33,999 bases of DNA from Clostridiaceae bacterium (GCA_016295895.1 JAEDKI010000001.1:1-33999), one strand, 5' to 3'; positions 19,675 through 29,201 are shown, numbered from the stretch's first letter. Program-made: numbers and translations. The notes: a model not told the origin generated them from the sequence alone.

Positions 19675-21907
19675 AATTATATTGACTCCAGCTTCTGATT
19701 CTTGCTTTCATTTCGTCTATTCCGAGAATTCCGTAAGCAAAGCCTTTTCTTATCAGCTCATCGGGTAAAAACTCATCGTATTTCTCAAAATACGGAATTT
19801 CATTGGGATAAACAAGCTCCATGGGGTCAAGCGGTTCTTTTTCCGCTTCTGCAAGTACTCTGAAAAATTCTTCTTTATCGGCTTTCATTTTGAACTGAAT
19901 AAAATAAGGTCTTGATTTGTCAAGCCCCGTGATGCCGAGCCTTTCGGCGCATTTGACTTTTAAAAATCTTTCCATGGCAAGAAAAGCATAAGTGCCGAGC
20001 CACGGAAAAAGGCACCACATGTCACCGCCCAGACAAATCAGAGGTTCATCGGCAACACCTGAATTCCGAGCGGTATGCCGAGCGTTTTCAAGCCTTGCAA
20101 CAGCGTTTCTCATAAGATAAGGGTAAGATTTATCCTCCCGCAAAACCTGCCTCATGCGCTCAAGAACCTTTGTGTTAATATCTCCGGGGCATTCGCCGAA
20201 GTAAGCCGGAACTTTGCCCTTAACCTGTTCGCAATATACAAGGCGGCGTTTATGGTCGATTTCTTCAACAATCCAGACATGACCTGCAAGAGCGATTTTT
20301 TCACCAACGGGCGGCGGCATAACGATAGTGCCAAGCTCCTGTGAACCCCAGCGGACCGTATATTCTTCGTTTTCTTTAAAAACTGCATAAAACTTGAAAG
20401 TGTTTATCTGTCTTTCTCCTGCAAGGCCAACTATCAATCCGCCCTGCTCGGTTCTCTGCAAATGCTCTGTTTCAAGCAAATGGCGAAGCAATAATCTGAA
20501 ATCATCCTGAGAAATGCGATGAAAATAACTGAGCGAAAGCACTCTTGAGGCAAGTGCCGCAGGTGACATTTCTCCGCATGACGCAAGCGTACTCATTGTT
20601 TGATGATAAAGCAGGCTGAATGGCAGTCTGTCAAGCTTCGGCGGCTCGACCCAGCGTTCTTCAAGATATAACTGAACAAGTGCAATGCCTTGCAAAAGTT
20701 TCCATGGGACGGTTGTCGGGAGCAAAGCCCGTGGTTCAGGCTGTTCCTCACGCATTACAAACCACATCTCGGGCGGCATATCCCGCCTGCCCGTGCGCCC
20801 CATACGCTGAAGAAAAGACGAAACCATGAACGGCGCATCAATCTGAAACGCTCTTTCAAGCCTGCCGATATCTATTCCAAGCTCAAGGGTTGCTGTTGTA
20901 ACCGTAGTACAGTTTTGCGAATCATCCTTCATTACCGCTTCGGCGGTTTCTCTGAATGAAGCAGAAAGATTGCCGTGATGAATCAGGAATCTGTCGGGCT
21001 CGTTCTTTGCTTCACAATATTGACGCAACGTGGTTGTTACAGCCTCGCATTCTTCCCTTGAATTCACAAAAACAAGGCACTTTTTGCCTCTCGTATGTTC
21101 AAAAATATAACCCATTCCCGGATCGGCATTATCGGGGGCTTTATCGGTTGCAATATCAAGCTCAGGCAAGGAATTATTTCCTTCCTTATCCTGCGATGCC
21201 TGAGGCCCGTTAATGTAAAAATGTTCCATTGAAAGCCGCCATTTTATGCCTTTTGCTTCAATTTTCGGAATTTGTGTATTTCTTCCCGTTCCGCTTGAAA
21301 GAAATTTACCCGTTGATTCAAGATCGCCGATTGTTGCCGAAAGGCCGATTCTGCGTGGGTTAACTCCCGCAAGCTTTGACAGCCTTTCAATCAGACAAAG
21401 CGTCTGCCCTCCCCTGTCGCCACGCATGAGGGAATGAACCTCATCAATAACAATAAAGCGCAAATCTCCGAAAAGCTTCGGGATATAAGAATGTTTATGC
21501 AAAAGCAGGGCTTCAAGAGATTCGGGAGTTATCTGAAGGATACCCGACGGATTTTTCAGCATTTTATTCTTATGCGACTGCGGAACATCGCCGTGCCAAT
21601 GCCAGACGGGAATATTCGCCTCGGCGCAAAGTTCGTTAAGTCTCATAAACTGATCGTTAATCAGGGCTTTCAAAGGACCGATATAAATAGCGCCGACAGA
21701 TCGGGGCATATCTTCCGAAAACAGAGTCAGAATCGGAAAAAACGCCGCTTCTGTCTTGCCTGAGGCAGTTGACGCAGAGAGCAAAACATTATCATCGGTA
21801 TTGAATATGGCGTCAGCGGCGGCAACCTGAATTGCCCTGAGAGATTCCCAATTATTTCTGTAAATGAAATCCTGAACGAACGGCGCATATCTGTCAAAAA
21901 TACTCAT
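19673..21907 (-). CDS. Lhr-like DEAD/DEAH-box SF2 helicase (Shango SngC-like)
   Basis: Q motif WESLRAIQ, ASTASGKT, PLKALINDQ, TPESLE, DEVH, GLSAT, HHGNLS, TATLELGIDIG, QRMGRTGRR; third gene of the TerB-ATPase-helicase operon. Confidence 0.9.
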   Translation of the reverse strand: MSIFDRYAPFVQDFIYRNNWESLRAIQVAAADAIFNTDDNVLLSASTASGKTEAAFFPILTLFSEDMPRSVGAIYIGPLKALINDQFMRLNELCAEANIPVWHWHGDVPQSHKNKMLKNPSGILQITPESLEALLLHKHSYIPKLFGDLRFIVIDEVHSLMRGDRGGQTLCLIERLSKLAGVNPRRIGLSATIGDLESTGKFLSSGTGRNTQIPKIEAKGIKWRLSMEHFYINGPQASQDKEGNNSLPELDIATDKAPDNADPGMGYIFEHTRGKKCLVFVNSREECEAVTTTLRQYCEAKNEPDRFLIHHGNLSASFRETAEAVMKDDSQNCTTVTTATLELGIDIGRLERAFQIDAPFMVSSFLQRMGRTGRRDMPPEMWFVMREEQPEPRALLPTTVPWKLLQGIALVQLYLEERWVEPPKLDRLPFSLLYHQTMSTLASCGEMSPAALASRVLSLSYFHRISQDDFRLLLRHLLETEHLQRTEQGGLIVGLAGERQINTFKFYAVFKENEEYTVRWGSQELGTIVMPPPVGEKIALAGHVWIVEEIDHKRRLVYCEQVKGKVPAYFGECPGDINTKVLERMRQVLREDKSYPYLMRNAVARLENARHTARNSGVADEPLICLGGDMWCLFPWLGTYAFLAMERFLKVKCAERLGITGLDKSRPYFIQFKMKADKEEFFRVLAEAEKEPLDPMELVYPNEIPYFEKYDEFLPDELIRKGFAYGILGIDEMKARIRSWSQYN

Positions 21908-21916
21908 TTTTTCACC

Positions 21917-23236
21917 TTATATTTCAAATTCGGCAAATGCATCGTCAACAGCATCGTCTGAATCAATCTGCGATTTTGCAAAATCAAAGCTTTCGGAATT
22001 CAAAAGCTCCGTAACCTTAATCTGCGGATTCTGACAGACAATATTAAGAAGTTCAATGAAATCACGGATTACCTCTCTCGGCGTGATGTTACTGTCTGCG
22101 CCGATTCTGCCGAGTTCAATTTTAATGAAATTAATTAAATCATCCTGAGAAAGCTTCTGTTCATATTCAAACAGCGTTGCATGAATATCCGCAAGCTTTT
22201 CAATCAGAACAAGAAGTTCTTCATTCGTCAGCGGCTGAAGCTTGATTACCGGCGCAAGCATATCCTTAACGCCCTCCCTGCCGAATCTGCCCTCCGACAG
22301 CCTTGAACGCAGAGCCTCATAGCTGTAAACTCCCCGTCTTGTGTCTTCAATACATTGCGGAGTGCCGCACATTATTATGCCGAGATGAGACGCTTTCCCC
22401 TGCAAGGTGTCATTATACATTGTCAATATTTTTTCATAATTATACTGCCTTGTAATTGAATTAGGTATTTTATAAATATTAACAAGCTCGTCAATAAGAA
22501 TAAGCAAACCGTTATATCCCGCTTTTTTCAGAAAAGCCGCAAAAAGCTTGATATATTCATACCAATCATCGTCGGTGATGATGATATTAACGCCGAGTTC
22601 GGCTTTTGCCTCGGTTTTAGTGGCGTATTCTCCCCTGAACCACTTAACAACTCTTGCTTTATTTTCATCATTTCCGTCAACATAAGATCTGTAATAAACG
22701 GTCAGAAGCTTTGCAAAGTCAAAGCCGTGAACCATTTCGCTCAGAGAATTTACAACTTCATATATCTTTTTCTCAACAAGCTTTGAAAATTCTGGAGCGT
22801 TGATATCAAGCCCGCTTTCAGCAGCAGTTTCGCTCTGAACGCTGCTTATCCAGCGATCAAGAATCAAGGTCAGCGCACCGCCCTCGGGTCTTGTTTTTGT
22901 TGAAATGTTGCAGATAAGCTCTTTATAAGTTGCCAAGCCCTGCCCCTTTGTTCCCTGAAGCCGTCTTTCGGGCGAAAGATCGGCATCGGCAACAACAAAG
23001 TTTCTGTCCATAACATAATTTCTGATCGTCTGAAGCAAAAAGCTTTTGCCGCTTCCGTAGCGGCCGACAATGAAGCGAAAGCTCGCACCGCCCTCTGAAA
23101 TTATATCAACATCATGCAGCAAGGCATTGATTTCCGTCTCTCTGCCGACGGTTATATAAGGCAGACCTATTCTCGGAACAACTCCGCCTTTAAGAGAATT
23201 TATAACGACCGATGCAATTCTTTTAGGTATTTTCAT
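21917..23236 (-). CDS. DUF2791/BrxD-like P-loop ATPase (Shango SngB-like)
   Basis: SLKGGVVPRIGL...VGRETEI, Walker A GRYGSGKS, Walker B LLILIDE, YEALRSRL, TPREVIRDF; ATGA overlap with the upstream gene. Confidence 0.88.
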   Translation of the reverse strand: MKIPKRIASVVINSLKGGVVPRIGLPYITVGRETEINALLHDVDIISEGGASFRFIVGRYGSGKSFLLQTIRNYVMDRNFVVADADLSPERRLQGTKGQGLATYKELICNISTKTRPEGGALTLILDRWISSVQSETAAESGLDINAPEFSKLVEKKIYEVVNSLSEMVHGFDFAKLLTVYYRSYVDGNDENKARVVKWFRGEYATKTEAKAELGVNIIITDDDWYEYIKLFAAFLKKAGYNGLLILIDELVNIYKIPNSITRQYNYEKILTMYNDTLQGKASHLGIIMCGTPQCIEDTRRGVYSYEALRSRLSEGRFGREGVKDMLAPVIKLQPLTNEELLVLIEKLADIHATLFEYEQKLSQDDLINFIKIELGRIGADSNITPREVIRDFIELLNIVCQNPQIKVTELLNSESFDFAKSQIDSDDAVDDAFAEFEI

Positions 23237-24717
23237 TCGGATATGATTCCTTTCAGTTCATCAATATAATCTTCTGTTAATTCGGGCATATCGCCGTCAA
23301 AAATAATCGCCGTGTCTCCGATCAGGTCAAACAGCTTTTCATTGACGGAATCAGCAACTACAGATAAAAGCATTCCGCTCTCTTTGATAACCTGAGCATA
23401 GCTTCTCCCGTAAAGCAAGCACTGCATAAATCTGTATTCCGTATCGTTAAGCGGCGAATCATTTTTGATTTCTTCGGGTTTCTGAACCATCTTGATTTCC
23501 ACGGGTTCAGGAAGCTCATCGTCAACAATAAGCTTGTTTTTGGTAACCTCGGAAACAGCCCTGATTTCACCGAGCTTTGAAACATCGATTTCAATTCTCT
23601 TTGCCGCTTCTTTTTTCTTATTCAAGAAATATCTGTCAATCTCGTTTTCGATAATTTTCAAAATTGTTTTCGGGCAGTCAACGGGCTTGAGCGGAAAACG
23701 GTAACCGAGTTTCTTTCTGAGAGCAGAATCCGTATTTTTTATTATTGAGCTGAGCTTTTGGTTTTTATTTCTGGAAAAATAAAGCTTCCTGCAATACCAC
23801 ACTCCGTTTTTGCAGGAATATTGCAAAGCATCATTGAATTTATATATATAATCCTCATGCTCAATTCTGTCATAAAAAACTGCTCCGGAAAAAATCTGAT
23901 ATCTCATAGTCTGAATTCTGCCGAATAGATATTCATAAAACGGCGATTTTCTTTTTTCCTCAAAATAAACTGTTATTGCTCTGATTACCGAGCAAACAAC
24001 AGCCTTGAACAGGTCGGGATTATCTCTGTAAAATTTTGAATTAACGGCGTTGTTTGATGAAAGAAAACAGAGCGAATCAAAAAGCTCTGAATCATCACGG
24101 GTTCTGCAATTTATAAGCAAATCTAACGATTCATCAAAATAATCGTATATAAACTCATCTGCAAGCGATTTATCAAGATTATAATAAACTATATAATCTA
24201 TTATCCAATGGGCGGCATAGAGCGTTACCGTGCCGTTAAATTTTCTGTATGCTTCGCAGAAAGCTTTTATCTTTTTTAATCCGTCCTCGGGAGATTCAAC
24301 TCCGATTTGATTGAGCAATTCGCATATATAGACAGCGGCAAAAGAATCGCTTGTTTCGTTTATTATTCCGTGTCTGACATCCGTTCTCCAAGAAAAATAT
24401 CCTCTGAGCTGGGCGTTGCTCATGGAACGGTAGGTCGGCATAAAAGCCGAAAACGAGCCTTTGAAATCATATGAATCCTCAAAATCTTCCATAAACACCG
24501 CCTGTTTATAAAAGGTTTCGTCAATCCCGTCAGATGAATAAAAGCTTGAAACGGCAAGCTTTTTCATCTCAACATATTTTTGGGGAAGGTAATTATTCAT
24601 TTTTGAAGCAACTTTAATTATCGGCTCATCGCCATAAACTTTGTCGCTGAAGCTTCTGCTTTTTGAAAGCTTTTCATCATTGATAATCAAATTAATGATA
24701 TCATTGACATCAGACAC
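23233..24717 (-). CDS. TerB_N / TerB_C domain protein (Shango SngA-like), about 494 aa
   Basis: TerB_N-like PTYRSMSNAQLRGYFSWRT...SFAAVYICELLNQIG; TerB_C-like GMLLSVVADSVNEKLFDLIGDTAI. Start reassigned to GTG 24717 (GGCGGTGA RBS, promoter just upstream), because the ORF-track start at 24810 lies inside a terminator. Confidence 0.8.
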   Translation of the reverse strand: MSDVNDIINLIINDEKLSKSRSFSDKVYGDEPIIKVASKMNNYLPQKYVEMKKLAVSSFYSSDGIDETFYKQAVFMEDFEDSYDFKGSFSAFMPTYRSMSNAQLRGYFSWRTDVRHGIINETSDSFAAVYICELLNQIGVESPEDGLKKIKAFCEAYRKFNGTVTLYAAHWIIDYIVYYNLDKSLADEFIYDYFDESLDLLINCRTRDDSELFDSLCFLSSNNAVNSKFYRDNPDLFKAVVCSVIRAITVYFEEKRKSPFYEYLFGRIQTMRYQIFSGAVFYDRIEHEDYIYKFNDALQYSCKNGVWYCRKLYFSRNKNQKLSSIIKNTDSALRKKLGYRFPLKPVDCPKTILKIIENEIDRYFLNKKKEAAKRIEIDVSKLGEIRAVSEVTKNKLIVDDELPEPVEIKMVQKPEEIKNDSPLNDTEYRFMQCLLYGRSYAQVIKESGMLLSVVADSVNEKLFDLIGDTAIIFDGDMPELTEDYIDELKGIISE

Positions 24718-24739
24718 ATAATCACCGCCCTTTTCGTTT

Positions 24740-24768
24740 ATTATAGCAACTATTGATTCATAATTCAA
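24740..24768 (-). promoter_or_regulatory. Sigma-A promoter of the Shango-like operon, overlapped by a 7-8-7 inverted repeat
   Basis: Minus strand TTGAAT (24768-24763), 17 nt, extended -10 TGcTATAAT (TATAAT 24745-24740); CTATTGA-N8-TCAATAG at 24750-24771. Confidence 0.75.
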
Positions 24769-24800
24769 TAGATTTCCGAACATTTGTGCTTTATTTTTGC

Positions 24801-24837
24801 AAAAAAGCAAAGGCTGAGCTAATCACTCAGCCTTTGC
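24801..24837 (-). terminator. Intrinsic terminator of the LRR protein gene, insulating the Shango-like operon
   Basis: Perfect 12-bp stem GCAAAGGCTGAG-7 nt-CTCAGCCTTTGC with T6 on the minus strand. Confidence 0.9.
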
Positions 24838-24899
24838 AAAGAATCAGACTGCGGGGTTAAAGCGGAACTGTTCTCTTTCAGGATAGTTTTCCGATTTTT

Positions 24900-27800
24900 C
24901 TATGCGCTCGTCTTGTCCTGAACCTTTCCGTCAACCATCATTAAATATTGGTTTCCTTCTGCTATCACTATTTCTGTAGAGTATCTTGTGATAAGTTTAT
25001 TGAAAAAGGAAGCATGATATCTGTTTTTATTAAACGATACAACCGTTGACGGAATATACAGCTTTGTCATATAAGGATACTTGGGATAATAATTGCCTGT
25101 GCTGTCCATTGTAAAAGCTCCCTCGAAAATTGATTCTACTCCCTCGGGAATAATCAGCTCACCCCTGTAATTCTGAGGAACGCAAACAAGTGTTTTCATA
25201 TCCTTTGTATAAAGAACACCATTAACAGAAACATAATTCGGATTGGTTTCTTTAACCTCATATTTCTCTATTCCGCTGTAAGAATAAAGAGCTGCGGAAA
25301 GTGAATTCCAAAAATACGAGTTATAGCTCAACGAATTAGGCCCGTTATTGGCTTTTACAATATAGCTGTCGGGCAAAACAAGAGTTTTGAGATTACCTCC
25401 CGAAAAACCTGCACGGCTGAAGCACATATCGTCAATAATCGTTACGCCTTCAGGTATCTCGTATCTGCCTTCGGGCAACATTTTTGCACAAGGGAAGCCG
25501 ATAAGGTGAGTTCCGTCCTTTGTGAACAGCACTCCGTCAATCGCTTTATATTTCGGGTTGCCTTCTTCAACAATATACTCTTTGAATGTTGAAGGAGCAA
25601 AGTTATACATCATGTGAGTGGTGTTTTCGTATTTTCTGTTTGACAAATCAAATTTCGCCGCTCTGAAGAACCCTGCATAGCTTACGAAGTCGCCTCCGAT
25701 GTATTCACAAGTTGCAGGAATAGTCAGCGTTTCATTTTTGAAAGAATAATCGTGGTCAAACGCCTTGTCACCGAAATACCAAAGATTCTTCGGTAAGGTC
25801 AGAATACCTGTCATATTATAGTTTCTTTCAAAAGCGGACGCGCCGATTACGGTAATACCGTCATGAAGCTTCAGGCTTGTGAAATTACAGCTTCCGAAAG
25901 CGTAAGGTTCAATGACGGTTAACGCTTCATTGATAACAAGCTCACCCGTCAGAGAGGAGCATTGATTAAATGCCGCCAATCCGATTTCCGTTAAGGATGC
26001 AATGTCAAAGTATTCCAAAGAAACGCAGCCTTCAAACGCAGATGATCCGACTGCGGTTATGGTTGAATCGGAAGTGACGGTTTTTAATTTCTTGCATACG
26101 CAAAAACACGCTTGACTTATGGATGTAATCTTTTGAGGCAAATGAATCGTTTCAAGATTTGCACATCTTATGAATGCACCCTGTCCAATGGATTCAACAC
26201 CGTCGGGCAACACAATTCCTTTTATCTCATTGTTGGCAAAAGCATTACTACCGATAGTTTTTAATGTTGACGGAAGCGTGAAGCTATCAACTTTAGCACC
26301 GCTGAAACATATATCGGGAATTTCTGTTATGCCATCTTTGAGAATAACGCTGTTGCACAGCTTTAAATCATCTCTTCCGTCAACAAAAAACGAAGCATAA
26401 CCAACGCCAGTCAAATTTATTGTATCGGGAAAAGTAATATATTTTGCCGCACGAAACGCTTCATCGCCAACGCTGAATTCATCTGCGGTATCTATCGAGC
26501 GAATGACGCTTTTATAAAAGGCATTGTTTCCGATTGAGGAAATATTGCCGCCTTTTATATATTCAACCGCCGCACTGCCGGAATAGCCGCAGTCATAAAA
26601 TGCTTTCGAGGCAACAGAAGTAACGGAACCGGGCAGCTCAAGAGTCTTTACATCTTTAAATCCTACCGGCAACCTTCCGTTTCCAATCTGAGTGACTGTA
26701 TAGCCATCAATTGTCTCCGGAATAATCAGCGTTTCAGGATTTGTCTCGCCCGGATTACATATATACTGATATACCGAGATTGTGCCGTCATCAAGGATTT
26801 CATATCTGAAGCCCGGTTTTGTATCTTTCCAGTAAATAATGACCTTTGAAGAAATAATATCATTCTGCGGGATTCCAAGGTCAATTTCACCTTCATTTTT
26901 GTTTGTGATATAAATCGTTTGAATTGAGCATCGTTCAAAAGCTCTCAAAGCCTCTTCAAGGCTGTCAAAATGAGCTGTTTTGAGTGATGAATTTGAAAAT
27001 GCAACCGAGCCGATGCGTTTTACCGTCGGAAAATACGCTTCGGTAAACTTTGTGTTCTCAAAAGCGGAAGAACCTATCTCTTCCAGCTTATCCGCCTTTA
27101 TTGATGTGATCGGGCAATATTCAAACGCATCGCTTCCTACATAAGTTACATTTTTCAAATCAAGATTGACAAGTTTGCTCCATGAAAAAGCATATGAATC
27201 AATTTTTTTGACATTCTTCATGTCTAAACTTTCAAAATTGCACCTGTAAAATGCATACTGACCGATATATGTAACACTCTCGGGAATATCAACAAAGGTA
27301 ACGCCGGTATCGCTGAATGAGTCTTTACCTATTCCCGTAACGGTTTTTCCGTTAAACGATGCAGGTATTATTACCGATTCACCCGAGCCGAAGTATTCGG
27401 CAACATAAAAACCGTCGTCATACGGTGCATAAACCATTTCGGAATCATTATCCGTAATGCTGTCATCAAAGCAAACTTCAATGCCCAGCTTTGCAGCATT
27501 ATTCAAATATTTTAAGCCCGACTCGTAGGGTTGCTCAACGATAATCCTTTCAAGCGAACATTCCGGATAATTACTTTTATATTTGCAACCTAAAGGAATT
27601 ATCAATTCCTTAACATTGGTGTTGCTGAGATTGCTCAAACTGCTGAAGCTTCTGATTTCCGTTCCGTGGAAAGTTCTGCCGGGCAGAATCAGGGTTTCTC
27701 CTTCGTAATCGGGATTGACATTCGTTATTCTGTAATACTCTTTTCCCGTGCTTGAGTCGGTGTAGGTTTCATAAATAAAGTATTCAAGCTCCGTTCTGTC

Positions 27801-29201
27801 AACCGTTACATTGATATCAACCGTTCCTCTGAACACATTGCCCCACTGATCTGTGTATTTCAGCTTAACGGCAACTGTTCCGACACGGGAAAAATCAACA
27901 TTTTCTTCTATTACGGGAACTATATACATAGTTTGCGTTGTGTTGCTGTTATAGCAAATAACACATTCTGCGCGAAAATCGCTGTTTTTGATTCCGGTAT
28001 ACTCGTTGAAATCATTCTCAATACCGGGACACAAATAAAACTTAACGCTTTTCGTTCCGCCAACAAAAACATCAAAAGTTGCCGAAACGATATTCCCTGA
28101 ACTCTCAACGGAAACCGAAAGAGTATTGGTTCCGATTGTATCAAAGGTAACGGGGGTAAAATCAAAATCTGAAATGTAACCGTAACTTCCGTCACTGTAA
28201 TAAGCAGTTACCGTCAGATTTTTTGCGGTCAATGTTTGTCCGATATAATATGCGGCACTGTTCGCCTCACACTTTAATGAAGTAATACCAATCGAGTCAA
28301 CAATAACGATTGTAAAATCTCCGCTGTATTCTTTTCCGTTGTGCTCAAATGATGCCCTCGCAGTATATGAGCCTTTGCTGTTAAAGTCTACGCCGTCGGT
28401 ATTTATATATTTTATTACGGGATTTATCCGAGTGCCGTCATAAAGATAAGCAGACGCCAGAACATCGGATATGCCGAAGCTGTATCCCTTTTCGTAATTG
28501 CTTTTAACGGTAGTGATTTCATATGTGTTGATATCCTTTGAATTTTTAACCTCAATACTGACATCACAAGTCACTTTAACATCGTTTTCCGTATACGAAA
28601 CAGTAACGGTTTGAGTTCCCGGAACAGAGTATTTACTGTACGGAGTTTCTATTGCGGCTTCGGCAACGGATTTGACCGTTCCGTCATCATATTTTGCCTT
28701 TATTTCAAAATCATTGTGGGAAAGGATTTTTCCTTGAATAATATACGGTGTTTTAAGCTTTGCGCTGATTGAAACCAATCGAGGAGAAAGAGCTTGTTCC
28801 ACTTCGCTTGCCGAAGGTTCGCGGGCTCCGCTGTAATAAACGGAAACAGCTCCGCCTTTTGATTTCAGAATAAAATAATGACTACCGCCCTTGGAAAGAT
28901 TCATTGAAACTTTGGTTGCGCCGTCGCTGACATAGCTGAAAACAAAGTTTCTCGTGCCTCCGATACGGCAAATCTTGTCATTGTTTCCGGTTTCTTCGTA
29001 GTAATTATCAGTCAGTCTTACAACAGAATCATTATCAATTGAAACTGTCCAATCAGCACCCAACTCTTTCCATGCTTCAGCACACACAATTACATTGCTG
29101 TCCTCGGTATGGTAATTAACTACCGTTTTTATTTTACCGGGTGAAAAGAAAACAGTTATTGTCGCAAACAAAACAAAAATACTTTTTAAAAATTGATTCA
29201 T
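24900..29201 (-). CDS. Large exported protein with about 4 bacterial Ig-like repeats and BspA-type leucine-rich repeats (LRR_5)
   Basis: AAGGAGG RBS; hydrophobic N terminus; Ig-like units (KAKYDDGT...GTQTVTVSY; TAYYSDGS...GTNTLSVSV); many IPxSVTxIGxxAFxxC repeats; BspA-type NPKYKAIDGVLFTKD and NPNYVSVNGVLYTKD segments. Confidence 0.9.
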   Translation of the reverse strand: MNQFLKSIFVLFATITVFFSPGKIKTVVNYHTEDSNVIVCAEAWKELGADWTVSIDNDSVVRLTDNYYEETGNNDKICRIGGTRNFVFSYVSDGATKVSMNLSKGGSHYFILKSKGGAVSVYYSGAREPSASEVEQALSPRLVSISAKLKTPYIIQGKILSHNDFEIKAKYDDGTVKSVAEAAIETPYSKYSVPGTQTVTVSYTENDVKVTCDVSIEVKNSKDINTYEITTVKSNYEKGYSFGISDVLASAYLYDGTRINPVIKYINTDGVDFNSKGSYTARASFEHNGKEYSGDFTIVIVDSIGITSLKCEANSAAYYIGQTLTAKNLTVTAYYSDGSYGYISDFDFTPVTFDTIGTNTLSVSVESSGNIVSATFDVFVGGTKSVKFYLCPGIENDFNEYTGIKNSDFRAECVICYNSNTTQTMYIVPVIEENVDFSRVGTVAVKLKYTDQWGNVFRGTVDINVTVDRTELEYFIYETYTDSSTGKEYYRITNVNPDYEGETLILPGRTFHGTEIRSFSSLSNLSNTNVKELIIPLGCKYKSNYPECSLERIIVEQPYESGLKYLNNAAKLGIEVCFDDSITDNDSEMVYAPYDDGFYVAEYFGSGESVIIPASFNGKTVTGIGKDSFSDTGVTFVDIPESVTYIGQYAFYRCNFESLDMKNVKKIDSYAFSWSKLVNLDLKNVTYVGSDAFEYCPITSIKADKLEEIGSSAFENTKFTEAYFPTVKRIGSVAFSNSSLKTAHFDSLEEALRAFERCSIQTIYITNKNEGEIDLGIPQNDIISSKVIIYWKDTKPGFRYEILDDGTISVYQYICNPGETNPETLIIPETIDGYTVTQIGNGRLPVGFKDVKTLELPGSVTSVASKAFYDCGYSGSAAVEYIKGGNISSIGNNAFYKSVIRSIDTADEFSVGDEAFRAAKYITFPDTINLTGVGYASFFVDGRDDLKLCNSVILKDGITEIPDICFSGAKVDSFTLPSTLKTIGSNAFANNEIKGIVLPDGVESIGQGAFIRCANLETIHLPQKITSISQACFCVCKKLKTVTSDSTITAVGSSAFEGCVSLEYFDIASLTEIGLAAFNQCSSLTGELVINEALTVIEPYAFGSCNFTSLKLHDGITVIGASAFERNYNMTGILTLPKNLWYFGDKAFDHDYSFKNETLTIPATCEYIGGDFVSYAGFFRAAKFDLSNRKYENTTHMMYNFAPSTFKEYIVEEGNPKYKAIDGVLFTKDGTHLIGFPCAKMLPEGRYEIPEGVTIIDDMCFSRAGFSGGNLKTLVLPDSYIVKANNGPNSLSYNSYFWNSLSAALYSYSGIEKYEVKETNPNYVSVNGVLYTKDMKTLVCVPQNYRGELIIPEGVESIFEGAFTMDSTGNYYPKYPYMTKLYIPSTVVSFNKNRYHASFFNKLITRYSTEIVIAEGNQYLMMVDGKVQDKTSA

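Noticed and set aside
19673..23236. BREX type 2 system based on the BrxD-like ATPase and helicase
   Set aside because: No pglZ, pglX, pglY or pglW in the window; the TerB_N/C partner points to Shango.
24718..24810. N-terminal extension of the TerB_N/C protein given by the ORF track
   Set aside because: It spans the upstream terminator and the operon's own promoter; GTG 24717 has the RBS.
18548..24837. Genomic island inserted at tRNA-Gly carrying the Shango-like operon
   Set aside because: No integrase, no repeat of the tRNA 3' end noticed downstream, an intact tRNA terminator, and no obvious compositional shift by eye. A genome comparison is needed to exclude an old insertion.
24900..27800. 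CRISPR array, tandem DNA repeat or DGR target within the LRR region
   Set aside because: The repetition is at the protein level and highly diverged; no identical DNA repeats, reverse transcriptase or cas genes were seen.
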